Made by a program: the position numbers and the translations under genes. Of a DNA stretch of 64,000 nucleotides, positions 49,661-63,700 are shown in pieces. Location of the stretch: NCBI GenBank assembly GCA_001949185.1, contig BDGG01000009.1:1291624-1355623 (forward strand), in the 5' to 3' direction. The notes beneath the pieces are model-generated. The model was not told the origin of the DNA and made no database searches. It was given only the letters and a program-made list of their open reading frames with translations. The first letter of the stretch is position 1, and every line of letters begins with the position of its first letter. The stretch comes from Ramazzottius varieornatus (taxonomy: Eukaryota; Animalia; Tardigrada).

Positions 49661-52600
49661 ATGGGAGACGCCTCCATGGATCAAGGTTCATTCGATAACG
49701 TCGACGGACTACTTTCTCGGGCTGGAACCCTGCCCTATGTCCCTGTACTGGCCCACTGGTTCTTTATTCGCAAGGACAACAGCAAGGAGACATGGGTGCC
49801 CTTCACTCTTCACGATAGCAAGGAGCTGGAGGAGGGTTGGGATCGCTGTGAGCATTGGCTTTACACATCCCTTTTTGTTACCTAATATAGTTATGAGGCA
49901 GACTCAACAGAGAAACTGCGCTGTTCGAGGAAGAGTGATCTAGTCCATTTCTCTGTGTTGGTTTTAGACAGACGAGGCGAGAAGAGCTTCGCATTCATCC
50001 CGACACAAGGAGGCCGTTACGACGTGGACCTGAAAGGACGCAAGCTGGTGGCAGTCTACTGGGAAGAAGAGCCGTTCCCGGTCCGACGAGCCACCTGGTT
50101 CTGGAAAGTTACGGGTGACTTGTGGATCCCTTATGAAGAGACCATCGCTGATAAGCTCGAGGTAGCCCTTCACCGAGCAATGTACAGGAAGCCGAAGAGC
50201 GTCTATACCCTGTTTCGCTGTTATAAGAAAGCCGTTGATCTGTTAGAATTATAAGTAAGAATATCCGTTTGCTGTTGTGAAATATTTCGGTTATCTGTGC
50301 AGGGCGAATACAAGTTGATATGCAGAACTGGACAATGGCAAAAGCGCATCGACCTGCCGGGAGGAGAAACTATCATTCTGCATTCGGAGACGGCGATGAT
50401 CCACTATGATGCCACCAAGAGCTGGGCCGACGTGGCGGTGGGTCTTCGTTGAGGGCTAAGATGTACCGTTAGGCGGCAGAGAGAGATGTTGGTTTTGGTC
50501 ATTGCAGGAGACACTATACAAAAACCAAAAGATTGTCAAGCGCGGATGGGAGGGAACGTGTACTCCGGACGAGGGAGAGTGGGAACCCGTCGATCACCTC
50601 GTCTTTGTCTCCCACGGGTGGGTTCGTCTTGCCTCAAGTGGTCGCAACCCTTATTGCCTACAATCCGTCTTCTCTTTCTAGAATTGGATCCTACTGTGAC
50701 TTGAGATGGAGAACGCTCAACCAATGTGGTAAGTTGGCTTCTTTGCCGTTCCAACCTGATCGCTGAAGGAAGCATCATTTCGTCCTGTAATCAGTTGGGC
50801 TACTTATAGTTGACGCGTACCGCCTTATGAGCAGGAACCTCCTTCGGGAGCATTTCAACTTTGCCGGCAAGAAAGGCAAGACTTTCCGCGTGGAGTTTAT
50901 ACCCATAAACTGGCACGGCATACTGCACAGTGACAATGTCGAGCTGGAGAACCGCATCAAGCGAATCACCCTCCCAAGCATTCCCATCGTTCGGTGGGTT
51001 CACTTCGCCTCGGTCAACTGCTTTGTACACTTGCCTTTACTCTCGTTTTTCTAGGTATTTCGCCAACGATTATGTGCTGGACATTTTGTTTTATTCTAGT
51101 CCCATGTTTTGTACGGTAAGTAGGCTTTTTTTCAACCTTGTTGAGCTTCCCAGTGTAATTTAAAAGAAGCGCCTTTGTCGCTGCATGAAGGATGTAAATT
51201 GCACGACTGTATCGTTATCTTTGTTTTTGCAGGTGATTGCCAACCACGTTGGCACAGTTATGAACCGCGTCTATTCCCTCTTTCAAAAACGCAACCCAAA
51301 TTTCAAGGGCAGCGTCTCCATTCTTGCTCACAGCTTGGGTAAGTCCGCCAAGACTTACCTACGGTCCTGCGGTACCGCGCGCGGTGAAAGCAATGCCTAA
51401 TACACCTTGCTGAGGCTGGTTATGACTCTTTCAGGTTCGATTGTCATGTTTGACATGTTGTCGCACCAGCCAGATGCCAATCCGGAGAATGAGAGGAAGA
51501 ACCCTATGGAAGCCTCCTTCTCCACCATGTCCAATATTCTGGATGTGCCAGGCGAACTCCGCACCCCCGTCTCAGGCATCAGCCTTGTCGATCCTGATGC
51601 CAGGCCTGGATATAGCCGCCAAGGTAACTTGCATTAGGTTGCCTTGAAATATCCCCCGCTGGTTTCTTCAAGGAGCTTATTGGGACTGTGTATGACGGTA
51701 CTTACCTGGGTCAGGTTCGTCAGCCCAGGTGACGGCGGACTATATAGTTCCTCCCTTCGGTGGAGCTGGTTATCCTTCGGTCAGGTAGTTTACACAGTCA
51801 ACTCTCAAAATATTGTATCATACTGGTTCAAGTCCTCTTCACATGAGGAATTGCTACTTGATAGGTATCCAGTTCTCAAGTTCAAACCGTCGGGATTCTT
51901 CGCCATCGGATCTCCGGTGGGCATGTTCTTAGCTGTACGGGGTGTGACCAACATTGCGGAAGACTACTACCTTCCCACATGTCCGCGAGTCTACAATATC
52001 TTTCACCCGGTAAACCGGGCAGCAACGTTTGTCAAATGCATTCTGCACCAGTGTAGGTAATGCTTGTGTTTCATTGCTAGACGGATCCTGTGGCTTACCG
52101 AATCGAGCCCCTCCTCATTCCCGAGGCCTGTAAAGTTCCGCCATCGATGATCGACCACCATAAAGGACGCAAACGTCTTCATCTCGGTAAGCCTAAGGTT
52201 CATGGTCTATTTCTAGGCTCTAGTATAGCTGGCCTACATAGACTTCTCTGGCTTGTAACGCAGAAGTTCAGAGGAACATTGCTTCGGTGGCCTCGACACT
52301 CAAGACCAGGCTTCTGGATCCTGTGAGGATGCTGTCTAGCATGGTTGGCATTCCCGACTTTGCCAGCAGGTTCCGAGCCAAGGCTCAAGATGAGAAGCAG
52401 GAAGGCGTGAATGCCACCACGCCAACCGAAGAAAAAGTCAGAGGCGAACGAAGCAGTGAGTTTGGTCCAGCGGCACCCACGCCTTCCACCAGCACCAGGA
52501 ACTCCTCGGATGGACAGATGCCCAAGATCAAGTCCTTTGGCATGCTGAATGGGGGTGAACGGATAGACTACGTTCTGCAAGAAGCGCCCTTGGAAAGCCT

Positions 52601-52811
52601 CAATCAGTACCTTTTCGCTCTTCACAGCCACGCAGTCTACTGGTAATCAATAAGCACTTGTTCCTCTTTTATTGCATCACTTTCTTCAACTGAATGCTGT
52701 TATAGGGACTCTGAAGACACCCTTCTCTTCATGCTTCGCAAAATCATCGAGGTCGAAAGAGACAACATAACTGCTTCGACGGAGGAAGAAGAAAACGAGC
52801 CTTATATCTAA
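49661..52811 (+). CDS. Intracellular phospholipase A1, DDHD2/SEC23IP (PAPLA1)-like
   Basis: HWFF..WVPF..DS; GGRYDV; VYWEE..VRRATWF; [11 protein letters not shown]; [10 protein letters not shown]; lipase motif AHSLGS; FFAIGSP; DDHD domain [29 protein letters not shown]; stop at 52809-52811. Start codon tentative. Confidence 0.92.
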
Positions 52812-54217
52812 GTTGGCCTTTTTCTTCGAATGCATTTGTTTATACTAACGGGTGATTTACCTTTACCTTCAACCTTGACGAACGTAGTCTTTCTCCTTAA
52901 TAAGTGCGCCCTCCGCAGACATCGGCTATATGACCCGCTGCCGAGGTGTTCCTGTGATTTGGTCAGCCGCGCCTTGTCTAGCCTTGCGGACAATAAGACA
53001 TGTTGCCTTGTTCGTCTATAGCTTGGGGAAGGAAAGATGTTTGGCAGAGGTGGCGCACCGTGGTGCTTTGTCCAGATTTTCGACAAGACAATTCAAAGTC
53101 ACTGGGCAATTCTGAAAGCAATTTGTGAGGGATTGCCGTCAAGGCCCCTCATCCCGCACTAGAATCCCTTGACGACTCACAGTCATAGTCCCATCCGTCC
53201 GAGTGCCGTGGCGATCTCGTGCTTGTGGTGGCTGACTTTCTCTGCGTCTCGTATCTACAAAAGCGGACCTGTCTAGGAGGTCCACCGTAGGTCGGGACAT
53301 CTAGAGCTTTGTCCAGACTCTAGAGTCTAGTGTCCGGACAGCTCCCATGAAAATGGGCGGACATGATGACTAACCGAGGGGCGGAGCGTTGGTTCAATTT
53401 ATCTCTTGATTGGTCGGAACATGGGCAGCAAAGTACGTACAGCCTTGCCTCTCTCTCCACTTTTGACTTCTCCCCACTCCGGTGCCAGACGGTTGGTTTG
53501 TATGGACATGGACGTCACGCTACAAAGTCAAACGATTCATTGGGAATTTTTCTGGCGTGAGATGCTTGGGATGCGCCGCAGGGACAGGCAGCGGGTTTTT
53601 TTTGCCATGAAAATGGCTGCATGTCTTTCTGACTTTGTTTCCGCCGACTCGTCATTAGCATCTTGGTCAGTGATGCGTTTTCCTCCAGGAAGCGGATATG
53701 GGAGCGCCGCCCGTGTCAAGTCCAGCTCTCATTGTGGTCTGCAGAGAGAATTAACTTCTGAGATCATCGTGAGAGCGGCGTTTGACCGCTGAGCTATAAC
53801 CAACATATCCCGATGAGTCCCGACGAGCAGATGGACCACGGTGAATGTCGTCGTGTCAATTTGTCCGATGGGGAAGCTTGACCCGCTGTTTTGCCAGCAC
53901 TTCGCCGCTCCGAAGTTCATAGCTAATTTTTATTCTCTTTGTTGCTCTGTTCGTCTGGTCTCTTTGAAAAGAATCTCGGTTGCCCGTCCACCAAAGTCTT
54001 TCTGCGTCGATGATGTTGGCAATCAAATTTTAGGCACCGGAGTCTGCGCAACGTGCTGCGTGTTGCGCAACATGTTTGTCGATTAAGCTGAAGTGATCTT
54101 GCAGGAATCCGAAATTGCTGGCAACTGTCGACCAGGCGGCGAGCAGGTAGACCTCAAAGCGGTGTCTTTCGAATGGACCGGGCTTCATTGAGGCCATTAT
54201 GCTAGGCAGCAAGGGTC

Positions 54218-54374
54218 ACACGCACGGCGCCTAGTTTATCGGTCCAGACAAAATAAAGGGCCACCGGCCGAAAGCCGCAGCTGATAGATAAACTGACCAA
54301 TCATTTAAGGCGTTTCCGCTTTCGGCCGGTGGTCAATGGTTTTTTCCCGGCCGATAACTACGTGACGAGCGTGT
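54218..54374. mobile_element. Degenerate palindromic (MITE-like) element
   Basis: Outer arms acacgcacggcgcctagtttatcgg / ccgataactacgtgacgagcgtgt; inner perfect 15-bp inverted repeat ccaccggccgaaagc (54261-54275) / gctttcggccggtgg (54318-54332). Confidence 0.6.
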
Positions 54375-54635
54375 ACTGCTGGAAGTTACGTCACTTACGT
54401 ACGGTTTGGTGTGCGGGTTCGGTTACGTTTGGGCACGGATGGGTTCGGACTGATCGCTCACTCAGCAAACGTGATTGGTGAAACGTCCACGGTCCGCTTC
54501 CTTCAACGGCTACTGTGAAGCTTCCACCGCTTCATCCGTTCTTCCCCAGTCTGATCTTGTTGCGACCTATTGATTGTTGCGACTTACTTTTCGCTGGGGC
54601 AATTGTGGTAGGTGCTGGAGCAAGATCGTTTCAAG

Positions 54636-55926
54636 ATGCAGAACATGGGAGCGTTGCCGCAGCGTGTCGAGGGAGCTGCCAGCAACCAGCTGGACAATCC
54701 GACTTCTTCCTTGTTCGTTGAGCTGCAGAAGATGCAACAAGGTAAGTCTCCTGTTACTTTACTCCACGCTGTGCCTGCAGACTACTCTTGAAAACAGCAA
54801 TGTGTGTTCTTGAAAGCAGACAGCACTCGAATCACTGCCCGAAGTCAGGAACTAGAAGCGCAACTGAAGGAACTGCGTGAAGCTGTGGCGCAAGGTACGT
54901 ACTTCCTCCCAACTGCTCAAATTCGTTCTTCATCAGCGCTCCTCCTACTTGCACAGGAAACGATCAAGAGAAGACTCTGGACCACGACAAGGACTCACTC
55001 TTCGGTAAGAACCTTCAAGCACGCTATGTGTGCTGAAAGGCTCCCAGTACTTAAACCGAAGCTTTTCGGGGTCACGGTCAACGTTTGGAGCTGTAAAAAT
55101 CGTTATTGGAAAGACAATATTCAGCTCTCAAAAAGCGAGAAGATAGCGAAACAAAAAAACAAACAACTACCCATGGACAGACTTTCCTTTCTTTACATCT
55201 AAAGCGTTTGGAGTTTGGACCATACATCTGGTTGTCCTCCAGTCATTGCCAGTTTCCCGCTGGTTCAATTAAGGTGCTTGTTTTCTGGAAGCCCTGACGC
55301 TTGTCTTTCTTGTAGCCGAAGATTACAAGACTTTTGGGAATATCGACGCTCTTCTAAAAGAACTCGAGCAGTAAGTCGACGTTGAATCTTCGCAACTTGA
55401 GCGGTACAGTTCCTTCCTGAACCTTTGGGAATCGAGTGAATTCTGTATTTTGCAATCGTATTCCTTTCTGTGTTTCCAGACTAAACGCCAAGGAACAAGA
55501 ACTAAACACGGAAGTTAAACTTCTGTCGAAGAAGTCCGCAGATGCCATCCAGAAGAAAAAGATGATCAGGTACTCAAAGTCATCTGACGTACTTTGTTCT
55601 GGATTTGATGAAATGATAACAATGTCATGCCTCCGCTTCTGCCTCCGCTCAGCACTTGCGGCTTCCACTCTGGAGAGAGTAACTCCAGACAAATGTTGGT
55701 CTTCTTCCAGGAGAGTTCATCTTCAAGAGTTGCTGCGCCTGATCAACTGTGGACAAGACATCACAAAGCACTACGTAAGTCGGTGGTTTCATAGCCGCTC
55801 CACAGAGTTTAGCCTGCCCAAACGGTGATGGCTTCCCAGGTTGTGGATCTGCGCCACCAGATTACAGCTTTCGAAAAGGAAGTGGAGCATCTCAAGAAAG
55901 AAAGTCTTGTGGATAAATGGCGCTAA
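54636..55926 (+). CDS. Uncharacterised coiled-coil protein (~175 aa, 7 exons)
   Basis: All six GT-AG introns join in phase: MQNMGALPQRVEG..LFVELQKMQQ|ADSTRITARSQELEAQLKELREAVAQ|..|..IDALLKELEQ|LNAKEQELNTEVKLL..|RRVHLQELLRLINCGQDITKHY|VVDLRHQITAFEKEVEHLKKESLVDKWR*. Confidence 0.75.
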
Positions 55927-55960
55927 AGGTAACCCACAAAGCTAAAAGCATTCAAAAGTG

Positions 55961-58644
55961 TCATGAAGGCTCTTCGTCAACATAAGTAAAGTCGAAGGAT
56001 CTCCACATTTCCGTAAACTTTGTTACAGCTTTCATTTGTTCGTTGAAATTCGGTGTCATATTCTTGAGCCAGAGGCTGGGTGAAGCGTCAATCATTCCCC
56101 CGATGACTTCTCTGCCGAAATAACTCGGAAACTTTCTTTCGTCTTCGATAATGTGTGCGTAACCTCCTTGCATTCCAAAGTCTACGGCAAAGTACGGAAA
56201 GTTCTTTGGTATCTGTAAAGAAAACATCGCAACTTTACATTCCAGAATAATTTGATATTTCGATCCAGGAAAACTCAGAGAAGCTTCAGAAGATCGTTAC
56301 CGCTTGTCGGATATTCTTTTTGGATAAGTCGACCAGCTTGACATTGTTGGCCCATTCGCTTTCCGACTCTAGGATAGCCTTCTTAAAGTACATGGGCGCC
56401 GTACTGCCAGCGTCTTTGTCCAGAGGGACACACTCGATTCGGGTATGTGGGTGGCTCTTGAGGTTCATGACGGTCTCCATAAAGACACAATCCATGTCCT
56501 GTTGCAAGAACATGTTGGTCAGAGCTCGCCTGAAGCTCTGCATCTCCTCCCAGACATCCTCGTCCAGGCTTGTGCTGGCGGAGACATGCGGGATGGGACA
56601 AACGAGGCAGTGGCCTTCCGTCAGAGAAGCGTAGGGTGGAAGCACCAGTAAGGACTTTTTCCCCACGGCAATGATCGCATTCTTCGCCATCTTACCTGCA
56701 AAATTCCGAAACTATTACGAGAGGTCGCACGCGTCCCATACTATCGTGTGTGACAAAGGTGCAATTGTCAGCTACTTGAAGCGATCTGCAAAAAACGGTC
56801 GGTAAACACAACTGACGCATCTGTCAGGGATGTGCATACGGCAACCTAAGCATTTACTACGGCCAATAGGTGTACAAGTGCATGGAACGTGAGAACGGCT
56901 GGCTTTCCCATCTAATCATTGTTTGAACACTGTTCTCATTCAGTAGTAAAAAATTCCTTGTTTTGATTAGACTGATATGTGCTGTGAGTGGATTACCTCC
57001 TTCCATGCAGTACAAGCAAGAAGACAGCGCTGAGCTCATCTGGCGGTGTTCCATGATGGCTTTGTCGCGGTCGGCCAAGCTCATCTGGTCCAGCGACTCT
57101 TTATTCAGCGCCTTCTTCATCAGTGCCTCATCCATGCCGTACTCGTCATCCACCTTCTCCGTCACTTTGCCGGCCATGCGAGCAAAGAAGGCGTTCTGGT
57201 CTTGGGCACTCTGCATCCGCTCCATCGATACCAGCTCTATCAGCGAGTACTTGTCGTCGTCGGCAAAGTAACGCTGCCGTTCTCCGTCCTTGTCGTGGCT
57301 GGCCACCTTGGCCTTCTTAGCTTGGCCCGCTGCATGCATGGCGGAGGAAGAAGCCACAGGGTAGTGGAAGCCTTTAGCGTGGGCCCGTTGAAGTAGCACC
57401 CACTCTTTGGCAGGCTTTGACGATACGGCATCTTTGGAAGAACCCTCTCGTGCCACACTGGCCGAAGCAATCTTGGCCCGTAACTGAGAGACCATCCCCG
57501 TGTCGCCCATCAACTCAGCCCGTAAGATGCGGGCATTTAACTGGTTCAGTTCGGCCTCGCTGAGAAAGACTTGCGCTTCAGGCCTTTCTTCACAGTCAAT
57601 TTCGCCTGGGCAGCTTCCTGCCACAGATGACGGAGACTTGTTATCTTCCTCCTTCCTAGCGGGTAACACCTTTGCTTTTCTTGAAGGTGAGTGGGAAGAT
57701 GGTAGAGGCTTTCTAAAGGTTTGCGCACGCTGTGGGATGGCTTCACCTGGCTTAACGAACTTGGGTTTCTCGACAGATGTGTCTGTCCGCTCCGAGCCAC
57801 TTCCACGCCGGTGGTATCGTTCTCTCGAGCGGCTTCGACTTCTTCTTCTGGATGAATCATCACGCCAATTTCTTTCATACCTGTCGCGCGGCCTGTCTCG
57901 ACCCTGACGATCATCCCGACCGTCTCTGCTTCCAGCTGCCCCTTCGCGCTCCTCGGCGTCGCGGATTAGACCTTCCAAATAACTCAACGAGCCCCACCTT
58001 TCCGCCGCCATGTCTTCCATACTTCTCTTCTGATTCTTGGCTTGTTCAGCTAAGCGAGAATAGGACTTGCGCAGCCAGGAAAGTCCACCGTCGCCAAACT
58101 TGGCAGCTGAAGCTGACTCAACCGGAAGTGAAGCGTCAGCCACCGACTTGTCCTTCCTCGGCTCTGTGTCGCCCCGCACGAGTGGATTCAGCTCACGCGA
58201 CTTGTAGACTCTTTCCGTCTCTGCAGCTTGGGCAGCCTTGACTTCAGCTCGTTTATGCAGAGAAGGCTTTCGCAGATCTTGTCGACTGACTGAAGGGAAG
58301 AGGAAGGAGCTTTCGTCCGAACCCATCCATTCGTGTCGTTTAGTCTCAACCGGAGTCAGGGCTAGGACGGTAGTGACAATGGGCTCATCCGATGGATTTG
58401 TTGAAACAGAGGGAAACAAGGGTTTGGCTACAGGTGTTGATGTCACTTCCGGTGGCACTGATGGGCCAACATCGGAGCTGACGTTCTCCTCCTCCGTCTT
58501 GGCGTCCTTGAAACAAAGCTTCTTCTCACGCCGCTCCTTCCTATGCTTCTCTTTCTTGGGTTTCCTCTTCTTGTCCGACTTGGAGCGTTCATCTGAAGAG
58601 GGCTCCGAGTCGTCATTCTTATCCTGCCAAACGACGTCGTCCAT
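55961..58644 (-). CDS. CWF19L2: CWF19-like protein 2 (CwfJ C-terminal domains)
   Basis: RELNP; GDGGLSWLRKSY; MAAERWGS; LNARILRAELMGD; RYFADDDKYSL; CLYC; SLTEGHCLVCP; APMYFKKAILESESEW; PYFAVDFG..GYAHIIEDE..FGREVIGGM. Confidence 0.95.
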
Positions 58645-60723
58645 AGTCTGAGTTATACACCTGTCAGGTACATGTATCAAGCTCGGACAAACCCACGTCC
58701 AATATGGTTTTATTACGATCTTATTTCCACCCCTGCCCGGCCACAGTTTACCAGCCAGATCCCGTGGGAAGTAAAGTAAGGTGGCACGGAGATACGAGGA
58801 TTCGAGGAATAACCCGAAACAAAGATAGATCAAAATGGCCAGAGCTTAGAGCGAGACACGCGATTCTGATTTCCATGACTCGATCAAAAAATTAATGTTG
58901 ATTGATGTTATGGGACATATATGGGGTGACATGACATTATGGCACACACATGACAATCAAAAGCTGTGTCGTCACTGCGGCAATGACATCATCGCGCCAA
59001 GCTCTTCGATAGGTGGCAGTAACAGTGGCAGACGATCAAGACCAACGGAAGTAGCCACCTGCCCGTTGTCGGGAGTAGCCATTGTTCGTCTGTGAAGCGT
59101 GGATTGAATCTATCAAGACACGACAGCTTAGATGAAGCTTCGGCGAGGCGAAATACTCTTCCCGCTGGATCTTTGTAAGCCTTACCGGTGTACAATTTCC
59201 ATTGATTCTCGTGACGTCGGTTGACCATCTCTGCCACCCTAATCGCTTGCGGCTGAATATTCACTTTTAGAGGAATATGGGTGTCTGTCACATTGTGACA
59301 CACCCTAAATGAAAATAAGTAAATTATTTCGGATTTTTGCCATCGTTAGAAAGGCATACAAATCTGATAAAATGTAAATGATGAGGGTAATCTTCACTCA
59401 CGCTTTGGTGTGTTTTACTGAACTTTCGGGCTGCACGCGAATACCGGCTTTGTCCGTGTTGAACTCCCGTGCATTGTTATATACGGAATGTAGAAGAAAA
59501 TCAAGAGAATCAGGATACGATGGATCGTGCGGAAGAGGAAGTGTCCGAGCGACTTCCTCTTTGGTGTGATGCACCGGCTTGTGAATGGCGACCATTTATT
59601 ACGCTAGCTCCACAATACCATACCCTGTAGTACTGGTGTTATGAACAGTGTTAGTATTTCATCCGTTAGCAGAATGGCCGGGAAAGAACCGGGAAAGAAA
59701 CAGCTAAGACAATTAGTACAGTCCCACCTATGGGAAAAAGATTGCCCTGATTTCCCTCTATGTTTCTATGGGTTAATTATTGACCATCATCGATGACCTT
59801 TGCACCCATATGTCGATCTTTCTTTACCAACACATTTCCCAATATTATTGTTTAACGGATTTGCCCTCGATGAGAATTCGCCTTTCAACCGGCCGGCTGG
59901 ACACGGCTTTTTACGTTCGCAGCTATCTTGCCGTCATTTGGCGCAAATTTACCAATTTGATTCCAGCAAACCGATAAAAGAGTTCTCTACATTTGGTGGA
60001 ACTTGATCGCGCAGTTCCTTGTTAGTTGCTACCTGTAGAAAGAGGCTGGCCTGCTTAAAGCCAATTATTATGCGGGATGTTTGCCGGCTGTTGAGTGCCA
60101 GTTTTGATCAACTGACTTGTTGTGCGATAAATGAGAGATCGAGGTGAATCTTTGTGTGCTGTGCATACAGGAGTGATGTCTATAGAGTCCATAGTCCCAA
60201 ACTGGCATCGGGATGGACAGATCGACCGGGAAGAATGCAATAAGAAACCCGCGGCAGCTGGCAAACTTCCCACTCTGTTTCCGTATACTCTGATGGATCC
60301 ACAATGGAAACGTCCGGCCGGCAAAACTTAGCCTGCTTAAAAGCCAGCCAAACACAAGTCAATGTGTAATGCTGAGAACGGAAATTTGCCATCTCTTAAC
60401 CAACTGAGCATGATCGTAATCGAATAATAATCGTTAGTCAACGTACGCGCTCTTTACTTGTCGATCTTTCCGCTGTCCTTTCTTGTGCTTCGCCTCCTTT
60501 CTTCTGCCGCTTCCGATGCTGCTGTTTATTTAATCCTGCCTGCTGTACGGGTACATGACAAATAAAGGAGCAAGCTCTTTGTGGACTTAGTTTGTCTAAC
60601 AAGCCTCGTCGAGAACGATGCCGACTTTCTTGCCGGGAACCCAGTCAGTAATCAGGCCTTTAACCGCCTTCGATCCTTGTCGCTTAATCTGACAGCTGAA
60701 ATAAGTACCTCGTGGAAATCAAC

Positions 60724-63700
60724 ATGTCATTTAACTCGGCTATTGACTGCACGAAAGGTAAGGATGAAATGACAAGCTTAACACTTACGCCAAGGGACGT
60801 GTCGTAATTACCTTGTGGCAGCTTCCGTGTCCAATAAGCAGCAGCCTTGCTCCGACAAGTAGGGGAAATGTCCATTTGTAAGCAATTTGTCAAGTCACCA
60901 AATGATATTATTCAATATTTCTGTTGCTCTCATGAATACCCATCTACGCATACACGATCTGATCTAATATTTTAAAATCGATCGGCTCAGGTTTGAAGTA
61001 AACGCTGCATACCCAACAATCCATTTTGCGGGCTGAAGCTGGTCGTTATAGTTGGCGAACCCCACCGGCCGCCAACTAGTATCCGTACAAACTGTCCCTG
61101 ATCAACCTTTGCTACGTTTGTGTATTGCAGCCTCCAAGGAGCTCTGGGAAGAGGAGAGCGACAACAAGGCCACTGGACAGAGCGACGGAGCCTCGCTAGA
61201 AGCTTCTTCGTCGTCGGGCCAGAGAACGCCCACTCAGACCAGCCAGCTCTGCAGGGTCTGCGGTGACAAAGCCTCGGGGAAACATTACGGTGTGCCAAGC
61301 TGTGACGGCTGCCGCGGCTTCTTCAAGCGAAGCATCCGCAGGAACCTGGACTACGTCTGCAAGGAAAAGAGTGCTTGCATCGTCGACTTGAACCGCAGGA
61401 ACCAGTGCCAAGCTTGTCGCTTCCGCAAGTGCTTGCAAGTCAAGATGAACCGCGACGGTAAGCTTCCAACCTCCTCATAAGTCATTCCTGAAATGCCAAC
61501 TAGTGAATAATTCTTCATCAACCATTTTATTGAAATTTCAGTAGAAATTAATGAAAGGACTTTCTCGGCCCGAGGCATGCGCTAGATAAGGCCATATAAT
61601 CTACTATGGTCTTTTTGCGCCTTTCCGGGATTTTGTAAGCTTTTGCTAGCGTCTAGTTTTTGGTAAGCAAGCTTGTGTTGGAGTAGCGGAGGAGGAAGTG
61701 AGTAGCCAAAGGTGACAGTTTCAGTCATGCTCTTCTTTGTGAGCAAAGCGAAGCTTCCCTAATAAGCGGCTTGGATCGATCGAGTTCGTGGCTTGGGAGG
61801 ATATTTTGCAAACTGTTGGTTGATGATCAGATGGTTAGTATGCTGAGGTAATTGAGGACTGCGAGAGCTCTGTTGAATTATTAGCTATGGAGGGCCAGTT
61901 GGTCACGTTCCCACGAAGCTTCCTCGGCCTCAGCGCGGGATGACTGACCGCGCCTTAGTGACTGCTTGGAGGGACCAATGGATTGAAAGAGCGCTCGATG
62001 GCCCGATCGATAACCAAGGAGAACTGGTGCCATCACAGCTTTGGCCGTTGACGGTCGATGTCGTCAATGAGCCCTTCTGAAGAATGTACTTGTCATGGGA
62101 ATGCCCGCCTGACTTTACTTACCATCCACAAGCCATCAAGTAGTCGACCAAAGGATTAGGTTACTTGACATGTCCTACACCCCCCAACCTCATTTGGAAA
62201 AATAGCCCGCGCCTTCGGCATCTTGCCAAAGGCTTCTTACCCAGCTGACGAAGACTTAATCTTGTCGCAGTCAATTCTGCACATCGAAAAAGACAAAGGT
62301 CAATCAACCAACCAACCAAGGAGGTATCGAGCTCCCCAAAAAATCCGCAGTGTGGCCCTTTCTCTACAAAGTTGTATGTCAGGCCCGTGCCCGGCACAAC
62401 CCGGACTGATAGTCCATGAAAACTTCGTAGGAAAATGGGCAAATTGCGGACCTTTTGGGACCTCGATACGTCCTTGCAACCAACCAACCAACCAACCAAC
62501 CAACGCTTGTCTGCATTTAAGCAAGAAACACGACAAATGGAATCAATGCCATGTCGGTTATTAACCTGCTTATTTTTGCCGGTAGCTGTACAGCACGAAA
62601 GAGCGCCTCGTTCTTTCCCCTACAGAAGGAGTTCCTCCAACGCCTCTCCATCATGTGACGTCAGCCACACTCCCTTTTCGCTTTCGTCCCTCACTTCCCG
62701 CTCCAGCGCCTTCTTCCCCAACGCCACTGAGCTATTCATGGACCGAATGTCGTCTTTGGCCATGCTCCATCCGCCCTACACCAACTCCTCTCAGACAGCC
62801 TTTCTCTCCGGCCATGTTCTGCAACCAGTTCCGCTGCCAAGTAGAGCAGACTGCCTCCTGACTCCTGCACAAAATACCGCTGGTCCCAGATCGGTTACCA
62901 TTGGTTCTTCGCACACCGCATTCACCCCATACCGTAGTAATAATGAGAGACGCACTGATAAACACCTACCGCCAACGTGTGGCGATGCCTCCATCATGTG
63001 CAGTTTTAATACAGCCATCACGGAAGCCCAAGCTGGTTGGCTGCTTTTCTCTTGTGTGCGCTGGGTTCGCGCCTTGCCCTCGTACCATCAACTTCCGACC
63101 GCTGATCAGATACTTCTCTTGCGCAACTCCTGGCTGGAACTCTATGCATTGACATATCTGACCACACTGAAAACCGGTAAGACTTACTTCACCATAATGC
63201 TCGAAAATTATCCCCGTAAATATTAATTACCCTAGTCCATTGGTTTCCAGATGCGAGGGAAGCGACCCTTTTGATAGAGCGCGCTCCCGTTGAAGCTCGA
63301 GGCTTCGCGTCGGCTATGGTCAAGTTGACAGAGCATCGTCTGGACCCAACCGAGATATCGTTGCTTCGTGCAGTTGCCTTGTTTCGACCAGGTACCTATG
63401 TTCATTCCACACTAAGAAGTTAAAAACAGACATTCTATGGGTATGGGGGAAAAGTCATAAAGTCAGCCAGGTGGTGCTGGAGCTGTAACGTTAGCCACCG
63501 AATATCAGGAGTAAGACATTAGCAAGCCTACGCTTTATAAGATGCGGCTAACTTTATAACCTCGGCCTACGCCGGCTAACTTTACAACTTTTCTCTTGTA
63601 TGCATGAATCGTAAATTATCAATATATCCATCAATGACGATGTATGCCAGCTCTTGTCTGAACTTTTGGACGAATGAAACTGTATCCTTCTAGACGTCAG

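Noticed and set aside
53363-54212. Short ORFs between the DDHD and coiled-coil genes
   Set aside because: No recognisable motifs and no consistent splice model.
60044-60349. Possible MITE bounded by ggctggc..tttgccggc / gccggcaaa..gccagcc
   Set aside because: The matches are short and interrupted, and there is no TSD.
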